Of a stretch of DNA of 64,000 nucleotides, positions 13,190-27,266 are shown piece after piece (position 1 is the first letter of the stretch; each line of letters starts with the position of its first letter). The stretch is from NCBI GenBank assembly GCA_012295275.1, contig CM022671.1:24986001-25050000 (forward strand). Direction: 5' to 3'. The DNA comes from Chrysomallon squamiferum. Lineage: Eukaryota; Animalia; Mollusca. Under the pieces are notes generated by a model that saw only the letters and a program-made list of their open reading frames with translations, searched no databases and had not been told where the DNA came from. The position numbers were made by a program, and so were the translations under genes.

Positions 13190-14167
13190 TTAAAAATCAG
13201 TTTTTGTTTTTGTTTTAATAGCGCTAACTTCGATATCTTGTTGTATGTTTGTCTTACTAGCTGTCACCGCTTTCACTGAGGGAATCCTGTTAGTTTTTGC
13301 AATTGTTTTGTTCACACAAAGATGACAACACATCGTCATCGCGGTATATCTGAAATTCCGCATCAGAAATAAATAAGTAAAAAGTTTCATGGAGTTGTAG
13401 AAAACGTAGATAACAATCAATGATATATCTATGCGTGAGTCAACGATATGCAGGGAATAAACGACGTGAAATGGCAACTGGGACAAGATGTGCATGATGA
13501 AAATGATCGTGTTCAAATTAGCCAAGCGTATTTTGCTTTCTGTCGTTCTCTTAATGTAAGAATTGTTTAAAACTGCTGCATTTTGATGCTTGGTTATTTT
13601 TATCATACATACGGTAATCACAGTAAAAGGAACAGCAACAAAACCTGTCATGTTAAGAGCTCCAACCCACCAGTTCGTTGAGGTGTAGTTAGGATCAAGT
13701 CTCTTCGAATGTTCATTCACCGGATAAAATGATCCTTCTAAATAAACATAACACAACACCAAGGGAACCCAGAGCCAGATTACTGCCATATATATCTTCG
13801 CTCTCTTCATTGTAACATATACAAGATATTTCAAAGGGTTGCATACAGCAATATACAGGACTATACCTAAGCCCATCATAGAGAAACATTTAACGGATGC
13901 AAAGGCGGGTATCAAAGCCGATGTAAAGACAAATTTTGACTTGAAGACATTGATGATGATGTACGTCACTGTATTAATATGCAGCATTATGTCTGAGACA
14001 ACTTCATTAACCAAGAACAGACCAATGACACCAGAACTCATTGCAGATTTTACAAGAACTACCAGCATGAAGATATTGTTTGAAAATCCAAACAGTATAA
14101 CAGAGCTCCCCGCTAACATAATGTCTTTTGACGTAGCATCAGAAATATTGGTTACGTTCACAGACAT
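13190..14167 (-). CDS. Intronless class-A-like 7TM receptor, copy A2 (325 aa)
   Basis: Intact ORF and closest paralog of A1; shares the 4-aa ECL1 insertion and the KLFxY TM7 variant. Confidence 0.9.
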   Translation of the reverse strand: MSVNVTNISDATSKDIMLAGSSVILFGFSNNIFMLVVLVKSAMSSGVIGLFLVNEVVSDIMLHINTVTYIIINVFKSKFVFTSALIPAFASVKCFSMMGLGIVLYIAVCNPLKYLVYVTMKRAKIYMAVIWLWVPLVLCYVYLEGSFYPVNEHSKRLDPNYTSTNWWVGALNMTGFVAVPFTVITVCMIKITKHQNAAVLNNSYIKRTTESKIRLANLNTIIFIMHILSQLPFHVVYSLHIVDSRIDISLIVIYVFYNSMKLFTYLFLMRNFRYTAMTMCCHLCVNKTIAKTNRIPSVKAVTASKTNIQQDIEVSAIKTKTKTDF

Positions 14168-14395
14168 CGTTGTTTCTTGTTCAGAATTAAAATGTGACTT
14201 TTCCTTTTATATAAATAATATAAACTTTTCTGATTTCACACTGATGACGTACAGGTTAAGCAGACAATGATGAAGTTAAAATATCTGAAAATAGCAAACG
14301 CCGAAATCTTTCCTTTCTCTACTTGTATAAGTACACTTACAGCTGAAAATCAAACAAATAATTCAACACTTATTTGGTGCGAAAAATATCTTGAT

Positions 14396-14615
14396 CTTTT
14401 ATACTGTACTTCCCTATTCTTCTCATTAGATAGAATGTAAAATAAAATTATATACAAATAATTTTGATTGACAACATGACCTATGCATGTATGTAAATTA
14501 TATAGATTCTTTTCCGTCGATATATAACTAGTGGTCGTTTTGTTTGATTCAAATGGGTGGGACTTTTGTTTCTTCTTATATTTTGTTTGTTTATGAACCA
14601 CACACGCCCCGCCTT
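14396..14615 (-). promoter_or_regulatory. Putative A2 promoter module (CCAAT mutated)
   Basis: CTTTTATA 14396, ATTAG in place of ATTGG, TGATTGACAA 14465, TGACCT 14477, GC box ~14603-14613. Confidence 0.45.
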
Positions 14616-15675
14616 TAATCTCTGTTTCTGATTAAGCGTGTTATGTTGAAAGAACGTTGCATTATTTTCCATCATATTCAAAACCTGTCATAAACATGCA
14701 CATGAAGGCACGCTCACACGCGCATACACACATTCACCCACATATATATATATACACACACTTAAGCAGAGAATATTATAGACAGCGAATATGTATAATC
14801 AGGAATATTGAAATATCTTGATAGTATGTATAATGTTTGATTCACTCAAGAATTAAGTATTATCCCTTAAATGTAGTTGCATACAGTTCCCTGAAATGCT
14901 TTAACCTATTATTGTACGTATTATAATTAAATTATCCAGTCCTGTTTTTAGCATATAATAAATGTATGTTCTTTTCTTACTAGCAGTATGCAGCAAGATG
15001 AAATGGTAAAGAAATATTTAATAAAAAAAATAAAAAAAACACTAAAGAAAATATTAATCAGCTTTAAATTTCTGTTTTCATCACAGCTCGGGGAAAAAAC
15101 AGATATTCACATAATAACGTATTTAATGCATATTATTATTAAAGAGAATAAATGTGTGGTAATGTTTAATGATCAGAGAAAGCCAAGTAATCAATATATT
15201 GTCTGTAATTGTCAAGATTTCATCTTAATACATATATATATATATATATATATATACATAGAGAGATAATTGCGTTTTATGATCTTACTGATGGCATAGT
15301 TAGATATAGTCCGGTGTTTCTCTGTCAGTACTGTAGTAAACTAGGACATAAATGAAATAAAATGCGTGTTCATTGACACACGCTCATAGAAACATGGATA
15401 TAAACAGAGACATGCAGGCATGCTCACGGACACACACACCCACACACACACATACACACACAAACTGTTTATTGGTGTATAATAAGATAATATGACATGT
15501 AATTTCCAAATAATAGAACCAGTTAGAGTAACTTAATGACAAAGGCTGAAACAATACAGTCAAAATATTAAAGTGTTCCCTATAAAGGATAACAATATAC
15601 GTAGTTTTCAAATATTTAAATAGCATCTAAGGATATATTTCGTGTACAGTGAACAGCTACTAATATTCTTCTCAA

Positions 15676-16430
15676 AAGCAAAATGTAACTAATATCTCTG
15701 ATATCATCTCTAAAGATAATTTAGTGGCGAGAATCTGTGTTGCATTAGACATAAGCAACATTTTCATAATGATAATTTTTGTAAAATCCATGATGCTTTT
15801 CGCTGTTATAGGCCACTTCATGACCAATGAGCTTCTAGCCGAAATGATGTGACATTTAAACACTGCAACATTTCTAATAGCTAGATTCTGTTTGTAATGG
15901 CTTTGGCTGAAACCTTTGCCTCTGTTAAATGTTTTTCTCTGATGGGTTTAATCGTCATCTTCTGTGTTGCTATATGCAACCCGTTAAAGTATCACGTTCA
16001 TGTTACAAAGAAGAGAGAGAAGATATATTTGATATATATACGATGACTGAGGGTTCCTGTAGTCATATATTTATTTAGAATGAACGTTTTACCAGGTGAA
16101 TGAACATTCCAACGTACCAAACTTGAGAGAACTGGTGGACTGGGGCTATTAACCTGCCAGGTGTAATTACTGTAAGTATCATAAAACTCAGCAAACATCA
16201 AATGTTTCAGTTTTAACCAGTTCTTATGTTAATAGAACAAGAGAAATCAAAATTCGCTTAGCTAATTCATGCTCTATAGTTATTAATTAGCATCAGTTTT
16301 GTTAATTTCCGTTTCATAAAAATTCTGGATGTGTGATGTTTATTTACTTCTTCTAACCTTTGTGAAATTTTTACTTATTTAGCTTAGATGCACAATTTCA
16401 GAAATTGTTCTACAACCAGTTGTTGGACAG
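15676..16430 (+). pseudogene. Near-full-length B-type receptor pseudogene, head-to-head with A2
   Basis: Plus-strand translation gives NVTNISDIISKD...VIGHFMTNELLAEMM*HLNTATF, FASVKCFSLMGLIVIFCVAICNPLKY, NWWTGAIN, EIKIRLAN and MHNFR, with several stops and frameshifts. Its upstream flank is homologous to 1295-1400. Confidence 0.85.
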
Positions 16431-16649
16431 TTTTATCCGTATACCCAGTGCGTAAGGTAGCTGACGATAGTATTTATATTTCAGAAATGTTTAGCTCATT
16501 GTTTATTTTATTTATTTATTATTTATTTTTCCAAATATAATCTGACAGTAAACTCATCTATGACTGTTTTCTAACCGTGTCTCAAAATTTCTTAAAATCA
16601 GATAAAGTAATTTTATTTTACGTAATCATGTATGCATATATGAATTTAT

Positions 16650-16865
16650 GTATGTATGCGTGTATGTAGTTTAGGATTTTGAATATTCTCTGTTTTATGT
16701 ACGTCTGAACAGACTCTGCACACAGACAATATTCGGGAACGCTGGCGCAGGAAGACAAAGTCCAATCACGACCTCACAAACACCGTCAGATGCCGCTGAC
16801 GAGACTCGAACTTACGACATCCATTCGCCAGGCGGAAGATGTTACCGTCTGGCCACTGAGACAAC
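16650..16865 (-). mobile_element. tRNA-derived SINE (head 16791-16862, body, (ATAC)n-like tail)
   Basis: The minus-strand head has an A-box-like TGGCCAGACGG and a B-box-like AGTTCGAGTCT, with degenerate cloverleaf pairing. The body recurs at 1815-1950 and 16985-17043. Confidence 0.75.
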
Positions 16866-16984
16866 CTGAAAAACGTTGCTCAATAACCGAGGGTAATCAT
16901 CGCTTCCCACGAAGCACGCAGTTCTTTGTCTTTCGTCATTTTTGCGTGTATCTGTATTTTGTGGGAAACCTGGCACTGGCAAGT

Positions 16985-17043
16985 ATGCAGTTTAGGATTT
17001 TGAATATTCTCCACCTTATGTACGTCTGAATAGACTCTGCACA
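16985..17043 (-). mobile_element. 3'-end fragment of the same SINE
   Basis: agtttaggattttgaatattctc...tatgtacgtctgaa.agactctgcaca duplicates 16668-16722. Confidence 0.6.
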
Positions 17044-17419
17044 TTTTTGTTGTTGCTGTTATGATCATCATCACTGATGTTGTTATTGTTATTGTTATTG
17101 TATTTTTTTTTATTATATCTGAAGCACAGAATTAAAAAAATTTGGGTTTATTTATTTATTTATTTATTTATTATTACTTTTTTGTTGTCGTTGTCGTTGT
17201 TGTTTTGTTTCGGGTTTTTTGTGGGGTTTTTGACGTTTTAGTTATCGATGCGGACTCAATAATTCCTTTCCTCTTAAAAAAAAAGAAACGCCAGCTATTG
17301 TCAAGCTCCGTTAAGTCTTACAATCGCAGGAAATTAGTTATCATTTTAACTGGTATTTGTACTGACTACTACTTGAGAATGTTTCAAAGCCGAGCCAACT
17401 GAAAACGGCAGAGTATCAT

Positions 17420-17998
17420 TGATTTATCATTCCTGTGAAGTGTGTTGCGTCTGCAAATACACGTACACGATTTGAACGAACTTTCGCTTCATAATTAAAT
17501 AACTAAAACGTCTGCCTGAAGGATACGTTAACAAAAGAAAATCGACAAACGCATTAATTATGAGTTTATCTACGTCCAAAGCAATAACAGTACTGTATGG
17601 CAGTTGCAACAGAGTATGAAAAATGAAAACAATGGTGTTTAACTTTTCGCGTCACAATTAAGTAAACAAAAAGTTTGACTGAAGGATACATTAAGAAAAG
17701 AAAATCGATAAATGCATTAATTATGACTTTACTGTATGGAAGTTGCAATAGTCAATGAAAAATGAAAAACTTCGGTCAAACTAATTTTACTTTCTGTAGC
17801 GCTCTTGTTGTAACAGTTGGACAAGACTGCAGTTTTCTGGTGTCTGACGATCTTAATTACACACACAGTGATCACAATGAGAGGAACGCCAGCCAGAACT
17901 GACAAGTTAAGTGCTCCAACCCACCAGTTCTGAGATGTGAAGTCTGAATACATTATTTTAGTACTTTCGTTAACCTTGCTAAATGTACTTTCTAATAA
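17420..17998 (-). pseudogene. C-type receptor pseudogene (ECL2-TM7 half) with an internal tandem duplication of TM6-TM7
   Basis: FTSQNWWVGALNLSVLAGVPLIVITVCVIKIVRHQK...ESKISL, followed by two successive QLPYS...INAF.DF segments (ORFs 17566..17748 and 17427..17609). Confidence 0.8.
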
Positions 17999-19563
17999 CT
18001 GATTTTTTTTTTCATCTATTCACGGTGTCATATAGCGCAGTAACTAAAATTTAATAATACATATCTGATAGTTATGATGCAGTTTATGTGCGAATTTAGA
18101 ATTAGCTTCAACTGCATAAACAATTAAAAATAATGTTTATTTAATTCATCTTAGTCTGCTTTTAAGTATGATATTTTATAGCTAATATTTCATGATATTC
18201 TTACATATAAAGAATAATTAGAATTCTGTGTTACTCTTGGCAGTTGGAAAATATAGTGAAAGGGCTGTCATGGAAGGCATATATATTTATAGAATCATGT
18301 CTTTCCTTTTAAACACACACATATGATAAATCCTTAAGCCTATATATATATAGATTTAAGGAATTAATTACACTAAAGAGAATCCGTTTACTGAACTGAT
18401 CACAATTACTGTGTCAGTATAAATAGGTAAACGATTTGAAATGCAATGATTCCTTTAGTACATTATTTAAATACTTAAAATATATTAATTTCGCATAACA
18501 TTATGTGTAATTATAAAAGAAGAGACCATTCTTTTTAGCATGAATAATGTTTTATTCAAAGCGAAAAAGAAGACAAAGAAACAGACAAAATGAAATCGAA
18601 TAATCTCATACAAAATATATCTAATAATTAGCAAAACTTAAAGAAATGTATATAAGATTTATTTCGTCTAAATCTCTCGTTTTTTATTGCCTCTTGATTT
18701 TCATTTCAGTTATCTGCACATCATTAAGAATCTGAGAATGAGAAAAGAAAACCTCGCATGTGGCTCAAGTTCTTTTTTTTTGTTGTTGCAACGAATCAGT
18801 ACCAGTGTGCACATTACCACGTATAGGAAAGAACGTGTCTTCGATAAACGAATATTTCAGCTGCCATTTCTCAACACATTGCGATTATTGAATTATGTGC
18901 TTATTTCAGAAAATTCAGATTTTTATCCTTAATAATGTAATTTTTAATTTATTTGTGTATTTTATGTGTATATGTACGTAAGTAAACATATGACAATGTT
19001 TAAAATGATTATATTCATCTGAGATGTTTGTTATACGTTATGAATGTAATTCTAATAAAAAGATTTTATTTTGTTATTTTACAGCAACAAACAGATACAG
19101 CTAATTTTTCAACGTTTAGAATATTGTCCATTCTGAAAGAATTACGGAATAAATCATATAAAATTGAAGCAAACGTTGTAAAGTAATATACTCATTCTGT
19201 AAAGTATTATTATATACATAACTTGTTCTGCCAGTAAACGGTTCATTCCAAGTCATTAATAATTGTACCCGTTCTGCGATATTCATAAATTGTTGCATAA
19301 GACTGAGCATAGTTTAATAATGATTCAGATATATTTCCATGATTTTATTTCTGTTTTTTAATAAATATTTTCATAGAAAAATAAAATGAAAATAATTTTG
19401 AATTCACTATTTCAATTCTTTTTCTGTTTCTTGAACTTCATTATGAAATAATTTGCCTTTGATGTCCATACAAATTGTAAGAATTTGTGTGCGTGCTAGC
19501 TACTTTATTAAATTTCAGCTGTAGTCAAGTAAGTTGTTAAGTTTCATCATTTCTGTCATTTCC

Positions 19564-19605
<42 letters not shown>

Positions 19606-19635
19606 TTATATATATATATATATACAAACACACAT

Positions 19636-19720
<85 letters not shown>

Positions 19721-19905
19721 ACATGCACACACATGGAAAATGTCAACATAATAAATAGTAATTCAATATTGTTATGTTCAGTGGCAACACAGTTAAACGA
19801 AATATATGATTTCTACGCTCTATATAGGAAATGATAATTTAAGTACTTCGTTGACATGGTATGAAACTACACTGAATAGAAATTGATTACTTTTTCTCTT
19901 CTACT

Positions 19906-19950
<45 letters not shown>

Positions 19951-21409
19951 AAAAAAAAAACAAACAATATGTTTTTATGTTTGTTGATTTTCAATATGAA
20001 ATTTTTCTTGTCTGAAAAAGCACATCTAAAATTTAATAATAAATAAATACACTGAATTAATGAATTTACTGTTTTCTTTGTGTCTCTGCACTTCCAAACA
20101 GACTGGTATAAAACAAATCTTGTTTCAATTGCTCTGTTTATCTTACAAAAAGTAAGAAGCATAATAAATGATAAGAAGAGCTTATTTGATGAATCTGCAT
20201 GGAATCTAAAAAACAAAACATAATACGTGTAGTGACTTGTCTAGTAAAATTTTATATAATTTAAAAAAAATAAAAATAAAATAACATAAAAATAAATAAA
20301 CACCACAATAACAAGTAAATGAATGACCAAATAAATAAATAAATAAATAAATAAATAAAGGAACAAATAAACAAACTAATAGAAAACAAACAAACAAAAA
20401 AAAATAAATAAATGAAAACAATCATTTAGACAAATATTTGTGCGTATTTTTATTTAATATTATGATTTTGTCGTTTTATTTCTTTGTTTTTTAATTGTTT
20501 TTTAAATATTTATTTCTAACTTAAAATTAGTTTGGATTTTTACTGTGTTCTGTGAATAGCCTATTAAACATGTTTCTTTTTTCGCAATACTCTGTGTTAA
20601 TTAACTGAGCGAATGTGGATTGTGGATTATAAAAAAAAAAAAAAGAAGAAAAAAAAAAAAAAAAAAAACAGAAGTATGAAATCATCATTTCAAATGTAAA
20701 AGTTTTGGAAAAAAAAAAATATCTATAACAAACCAACTGAAAGGATTTAATCATCGAAAATGAAAAGCCTACATCACAACAAAAAAATAATGTATTGATA
20801 ATAAAAATATTACAGTCTTTGAGAAGTACAGCCTATCGATCTGAAATTAAATTCAGTTATTATTATCCAAGCAACGCTTTTAGAAAAATATTAGTTAATA
20901 TATGTGTATTTTTATTTTTTGCCTTCTTTTCTCCTTTAGATTTTATTCAAACTGTGACTGCCAGTGTTTTGTGCAGTGCGAAGAAAACGATTAATGTAAA
21001 TAATTAAAAACGAAAATCCGCGACAGTTTACGTATTTCACATTAAATATCTTTTACATATTATGCTTATGCAAACTGTTTAATAGTACTTATATTCTTCA
21101 ATAATTTTAGTTCAGATTGATAATCATGCACAAATATATAGAATTATATTAATACTAGTATTATCGCTATTCTTGCTAAAACAACAACAACTTCTACTAC
21201 TACTACTAATATTTATACTACAGGTATTGCTCCTACTAATACAATAAGTATCATTTCTAGTAATAATAATAATAATAATAGTAATGATGATGATAATGAT
21301 AATAATGAAGATGGTGATGATTATTATCATTATTTATATATCAAATGCCATCCCACTGCTACTGCTACAACTGCTTTATGCTATTACTATTACATTACTG
21401 TTACCTCTG

Positions 21410-21440
<31 letters not shown>

Positions 21441-21524
21441 CATTATTTATTTATTAATTTTATTACACCAAAATGTTATCCCACTGCCACTGCTGTTACT
21501 AACCTACCTATGCAACGTATTCTT

Positions 21525-21573
<49 letters not shown>

Positions 21574-21962
21574 AACTATCAGTCTACCGCTGCTACTACT
21601 ACTATTGCATAACTAGTATTAATATTGCTGCAGTAGCTTCTGCTATTCTAATTTCAGAAACCAAATATTATCACTACTCTTCAGACAAGAATTCTGAGTA
21701 CTTTTTATTTAGTCCAGTTATTAAATGTTGAAAGTGTACAAAGCTGATTCTAGATAACTTTTCAGGGATTAAAAGATTTAGCGCAAGCTGACGATAACGG
21801 ACGTTATTTTCTTTAACTGTTAAGAAATTATTTAGTCTAAATTGATAACAATCGAGTTAAACTTAACAACAACAACAATAATGATGATGATAATAATAAT
21901 TACGAGATGATGATGATGGTGATGATGATTACAATATTAAATGTAGAAGCATTAAATTAGTT

Positions 21963-22008
<46 letters not shown>

Positions 22009-22738
22009 AATTTCTGGGTTGGTATTGTATATTTGTTTTAAATTAATACATATGAAATATTTATTATTACATTACAATTATTAAACATATTGAACTGATG
22101 TTTTGTTTATTTCTAGACTACAGTTTTATATACATACACAAGTACAATTTTTATATTATTTATTTATTTATTTATAACTGCGATACACATTATTTCGGTT
22201 TATATACCTATTCAGATTTATTATGATCATTCTGAACATAGTTATTATTATACTATGTGTTAATATAGTCACTATTGTTATTATGATCATCTTCACCATC
22301 ATCATGATTATCAATATCATTATTAGAAGGAATACATAATATTAATGCGGCAATGATTAAAGAACTAATAATTACAATAAAACTGCAACAACACAAAATA
22401 TCATCCAGACACTGTATCACTGACAGAAATAAAACTGTAGTCTAGAAATAAACAAAACATTAGTTCAATATGTTTAATAATTGTAATGTAATAATAAATG
22501 TTTCATATTTATTAATTTAAAACAAATATACAATACCAACCCAGAAATTAATTACACATTTGAGAGAGCACTATTGAGTCATACCATATGTCGATTTTGT
22601 TTCAATATTACCATGGTACACAGAATGCATTGCACGATATTCTCGAATCGTTTGAACAAGAAATAAAGAAAGCAGCTGTACATCTTTTCCGTTTTATTTA
22701 AATTAAAAAATCATTTTCTTAATTGTCTCCTGTAATTA

Positions 22739-23716
22739 TTAGTTTTCTCCTGTCATTTGAAAATCATTTGTTGTTCTTATAACGCTAACTTCTGTACTTT
22801 GTTGTTTGTCTGTGTTTCCAGTCGGCACGGCTCTCTCTGAAGGATCCTTGGTAGTTTTACCGCTTGTTTTCTTTATGCAAACATGACAACACATGTTCAT
22901 CGCGGTATATCTGAAATTGCGCATCAGAATTAAGTAGCCAATGGGTTTCATCAAGTTCCAGAAAAAGTACCCGATAATCATTGATATCATTACCCATGGA
23001 TCAAAGATGTGAAGGGAGAAAACGACGTGAAATGGCAACTCTGTCACAATGTACGTGATGAAAATGATCGTGTTGAAATTAGCCAAACGTATTTTGCTTT
23101 CTGTTGGTTGCATAACGTTAGAATTAGTTAAAATTACAGCATTTTTATGTCTGGCTATTTTTATCATACATACAGTAATCACAATGAATGGAACAGCAGC
23201 TGTACTTGTCATGTTAAGAGCTCCAACCCACCAGTTCGTTGAAGTGTAATTAGGACCGAGTCTCTTTGAATGTTCATTCACCGTGTAAAACGTTCCTTCT
23301 ACGTAAACATAACACAACACCAAGGGAACCCAAAGCCAGACTACTGCCATATATATCTTCACTCTCTTCACTGTAACGTAAACAAGATATTTCAAAGGGT
23401 TGCATATGGCAACACATAGAACTATGCTTAACCCCATCATAGAGAAACATTTAACGGATTGTAAGGCAGCTATCAAAGCCGAAGTAAACACAAATTTTGA
23501 CATGATAGAATACATTACTGCATTGATTTGAAAAATTATGTCTGACACAACTTCGTTAAGCAAGAACAGACCAATAACTCCAGAGGTCATTGCAGATTTT
23601 ACAAGAACTACCAGTGTGAAAATACTTGTTGAAAATGAAAACAGTATAACAGAACTCGCCCCTGCAATAATATATATAGAAATAACATCAGAGGAATTGG
23701 TTACGTTCACCGACAT
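22739..23716 (-). CDS. Intronless class-A-like 7TM receptor, copy A3 (325 aa)
   Basis: Intact ORF, same 7TM architecture, KPIGY in TM7. Confidence 0.9.
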   Translation of the reverse strand: MSVNVTNSSDVISIYIIAGASSVILFSFSTSIFTLVVLVKSAMTSGVIGLFLLNEVVSDIIFQINAVMYSIMSKFVFTSALIAALQSVKCFSMMGLSIVLCVAICNPLKYLVYVTVKRVKIYMAVVWLWVPLVLCYVYVEGTFYTVNEHSKRLGPNYTSTNWWVGALNMTSTAAVPFIVITVCMIKIARHKNAVILTNSNVMQPTESKIRLANFNTIIFITYIVTELPFHVVFSLHIFDPWVMISMIIGYFFWNLMKPIGYLILMRNFRYTAMNMCCHVCIKKTSGKTTKDPSERAVPTGNTDKQQSTEVSVIRTTNDFQMTGEN

Positions 23717-23992
23717 CGTTGATTCTTCTTCAGTATTAATATAGGACTTAGTCTTTATATCAAAATATAAACTTTCCTGATTTCACGCTGATGTAGTAGC
23801 TAAGGTGAATCAGACATGAAATTCTTCCTTTCTGGGGAATATCTTTTGAAACTGATTATACGTTGAAAATTATCCTTATTAAAATAAAATCAAATTATTC
23901 ATATCCATAACACTATCTTTCTTCTTCTTCATAATTCAAATATCTCAGTACTTAGATTTTGAGAGAAATAATGTCCGCGCTAATTTCTGCAT

Positions 23993-24071
23993 CTTTTATA
24001 CTCTCCTTCCTAATGCGTCTCATTGGTTAACATGTATCAAATAAAATTATACTGAGAACTTTGATTGACAG
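23993..24071 (-). promoter_or_regulatory. Putative A3 promoter module
   Basis: CTTTTATA 23993, ATTGG 24022, TGATTGACAG 24062. Confidence 0.5.
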
Positions 24072-24264
24072 CGTGATCCACACACACACGCACACACACA
24101 CACACACATACATATACATGTAGGTAGTATATATCTATTAGATGTACTACAAAAGGTAGCTGCAGTTGTGGTGGGTTTGTATTTTCTTATCATATTGTTT
24201 GTTTCTGAATCTGACAAGCCAAGCGTTTAAAATCGTTGTTAAATCTCTCTTCGCTATTAAGTGA

Positions 24265-24295
<31 letters not shown>

Positions 24296-25975
24296 CCCAT
24301 TACACTCATAGACACAGGTAAATAAAGAAAGAATTTAATTGCGATAGATAATAACATTACGACATTTTTATTGATAACTGGTAATTCCCTTCATATTATA
24401 TCACTAAACTGTACTCATGTTGATGGCTTGCGTTACTTACATAAACGTTGAGGAAACATCGCCGAAAAAATCACACAGCTGTTGTTACAGTGTCGAACCA
24501 AAACATTTGTCATAGATGTAAAAGGAAAAGGTTCTGTACAAATATAAATGTGTGTATATATGTGCGTGTGTGCGTGTATGTGTGTGTGTATGTATGTGTG
24601 TGTATATGTATATATATATATATATATATGCACACATTCACATACGTGTATACATACGCTTTTAAGAATACATACACTTTCATTTTCACGGATAATGGTA
24701 CTTAATCTCATCTTCGCAAACTGTGTAGACATTGCAAGAAATTTTGTCATACTTGAAGTTATTGTTTACAAAATACTAGAAAATCAGTTCTGAAATGTAG
24801 CTGGACTGACTAGACAATGCCGTGACGTCAATAAACTTAGTAACATTTATTCTCTACACATAAATACATAGAGAGATACATGTGTATTAATATTAAATAA
24901 AACAAAACAAGACATAGAATATACGTCGTATAACATCGTATTTTATTTGATTTACTTTTAATGAAAAATTTCATCCACAGTGACTGAAATCGTTAACTTT
25001 TACCAATGTACGTACTTATGTATGGATGCATGTATGTACCTGAAATGAAAATAACAATAGGATATAAGAAAACCAAAAGCAAACAATACTAGTGGTTTAT
25101 TTCACGACTTAGTGTTTTTAGTCATCTTAGTCCTGATTACGTGATACTCAAGTATTTAATGATTGTTTGTAATTGAACTGTCAAAATATTTCAGTACACT
25201 ATCTTACTGAGATTTCTGAAATATGTAAAATGTCTTAGAATAACTAAATCTGAAGTAACGTGGAGAAACGGAAACAAACAGGAAATGAACAGAAATGTGA
25301 AAACACATTGAAAGTAAAGGAATTGTAGTTCAAATTAACAGCAAGATTATAAAGATAATAAAGAACACGATTTTATTACTGCTTGATTTCAAAGTTTAAT
25401 TAATTCGGCAGTTCTTGTCATTAAAAATATCGATAATTTATTAGAGATATTTCAAAAACAAAGCCAAAGGACAACTGATCAAACAAATCGTTTTCGGTTC
25501 CGACTGTAAACCAAGGGAAATAACTCTGTACGCCAAAACGTTCCTCTTTATAAAGCTCTATACCGAATGAAAACTGGATGCTAGAGTTATTCATTTTGCA
25601 ACAGATTATTGTGACGGAACCTCAGTAGTGCTTCTTTGCCAGATTTGTTTTTAATCATAATCAAACTGCTGCAGAAGACTGAGTATAGTTTATTAATGAT
25701 TCAGATATATTTACATGATTAATTTCTGTTTTTTGTTTATTTGTAGGGTTTTTTTAAATTATTATTTAATAAATATTTTCATAGAAAAATAAAATGAAAA
25801 TAATGTTGAATTTACCATTTGAAATATTGTCCTGATTCTTGAGCTTCATTATGAAATAATTTACGTTTGATATCCAAACAAACTGTGAGAAATTGTGTGC
25901 GTGGTAGCGACATTATTAAATTTCAGCTATAGGCCAGTAAGTTGTTAAGTTTGATCCATATATGTGGAAATGATG

Positions 25976-26010
<35 letters not shown>

Positions 26011-26124
26011 GGAAAACACAATTAAACCAAATATATTGATTTCCATGCTCTATATAGGCTAATCATAATTTAAGTATAAACATTAATTACTCTGTCCCTT
26101 ATATATACATATATCAAAATTAAC

Positions 26125-26177
<53 letters not shown>

Positions 26178-26502
26178 CAAAAACAACAACAAAAAATAAA
26201 TCGTATGTTACTTCTAGTTTATGTTTTTGTGAAAAACGACATCTAAAATTAAATAATAATAAAAAATACTTAATTAATAGATTTACAGTTTTCTTTGTGT
26301 TTCTGCACCTCAAAACAGACTGGTATAAAAATCGTATTTGATGAAACTGAATGTGTGAAATCACGTTTAGAGTTGCTGTGTTTATCTTACAAAAAGTAAC
26401 GAGCAAAATAAATTGTAAAAACAGCTAATTTGAGGGATGTGGCATGGAATTTAAAAAACAAAAGTTAATACTTGTAATGATTTGTCTAATAAATTTTTGT
26501 AT

Positions 26503-26547
<45 letters not shown>

Positions 26548-26651
26548 AACAACAACTGAAATACTAAAATCAAAATCAAGTAAATGAATGAACAAATAAT
26601 TAAATTTATTAACGAATACAAAAATTAAAAAAACCCAACAAATAAACAAAA

Positions 26652-26729
<78 letters not shown>

Positions 26730-27229
26730 ATACATTTAGACATATTTGTGCATATTTTTCATTTAGTATTATTATTTTTCGTTTTATTTTTTTCTTTTCT
26801 TACTTGTTTTTTAAATATTTAATACTAACATGAAATTACTTTGGATATTTACCTTTTTATCTATGTTCTATGAATAGCCTATTAAATTTTAGTTTCACGC
26901 AGTCTTCTGTCTTAATTAATTGAGAGAATGAGGATTATGGATTATAACAAGAAAAAAAAGAAAAAAGAAAAACAGAGGTGAGGCCGCAAAATAATTATAA
27001 ACTGAACATTTCAAATGTAAAAGTTTTGAAAAAAAAAAATATATATATATAAAAAGCAACTGAAAGGATTTAATCATCGAAAATGAAAAACCTACATCAC
27101 AACAAAATTAGTTTATTTGATAACAACAAAATTAATAAAATGGTTTTGAGGATTACAGTCTGCTATTGTGAAATTAATTTCAATATTATTATCCAAGCAA
27201 CGCTGTTAGAAAAATATTAATAAATATCT

Positions 27230-27266
<37 letters not shown>

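Noticed and set aside
16791-16862. Possible functional tRNA gene
   Set aside because: Acceptor and T stems are mismatched, and it is fused to a body repeated elsewhere; treated as a SINE head.
19085-19340. Spacer block repeated in several units, as a possible coding exon
   Set aside because: Multiple stops in the frame examined and no recognisable motif; explained by unit duplication.
21124-21731. Poly-I, poly-L, poly-Y, poly-T, CV- and YI-rich short ORFs throughout the window
   Set aside because: Translations of (AAT)n, (CTA)n, (TG)n and (TA)n microsatellites.
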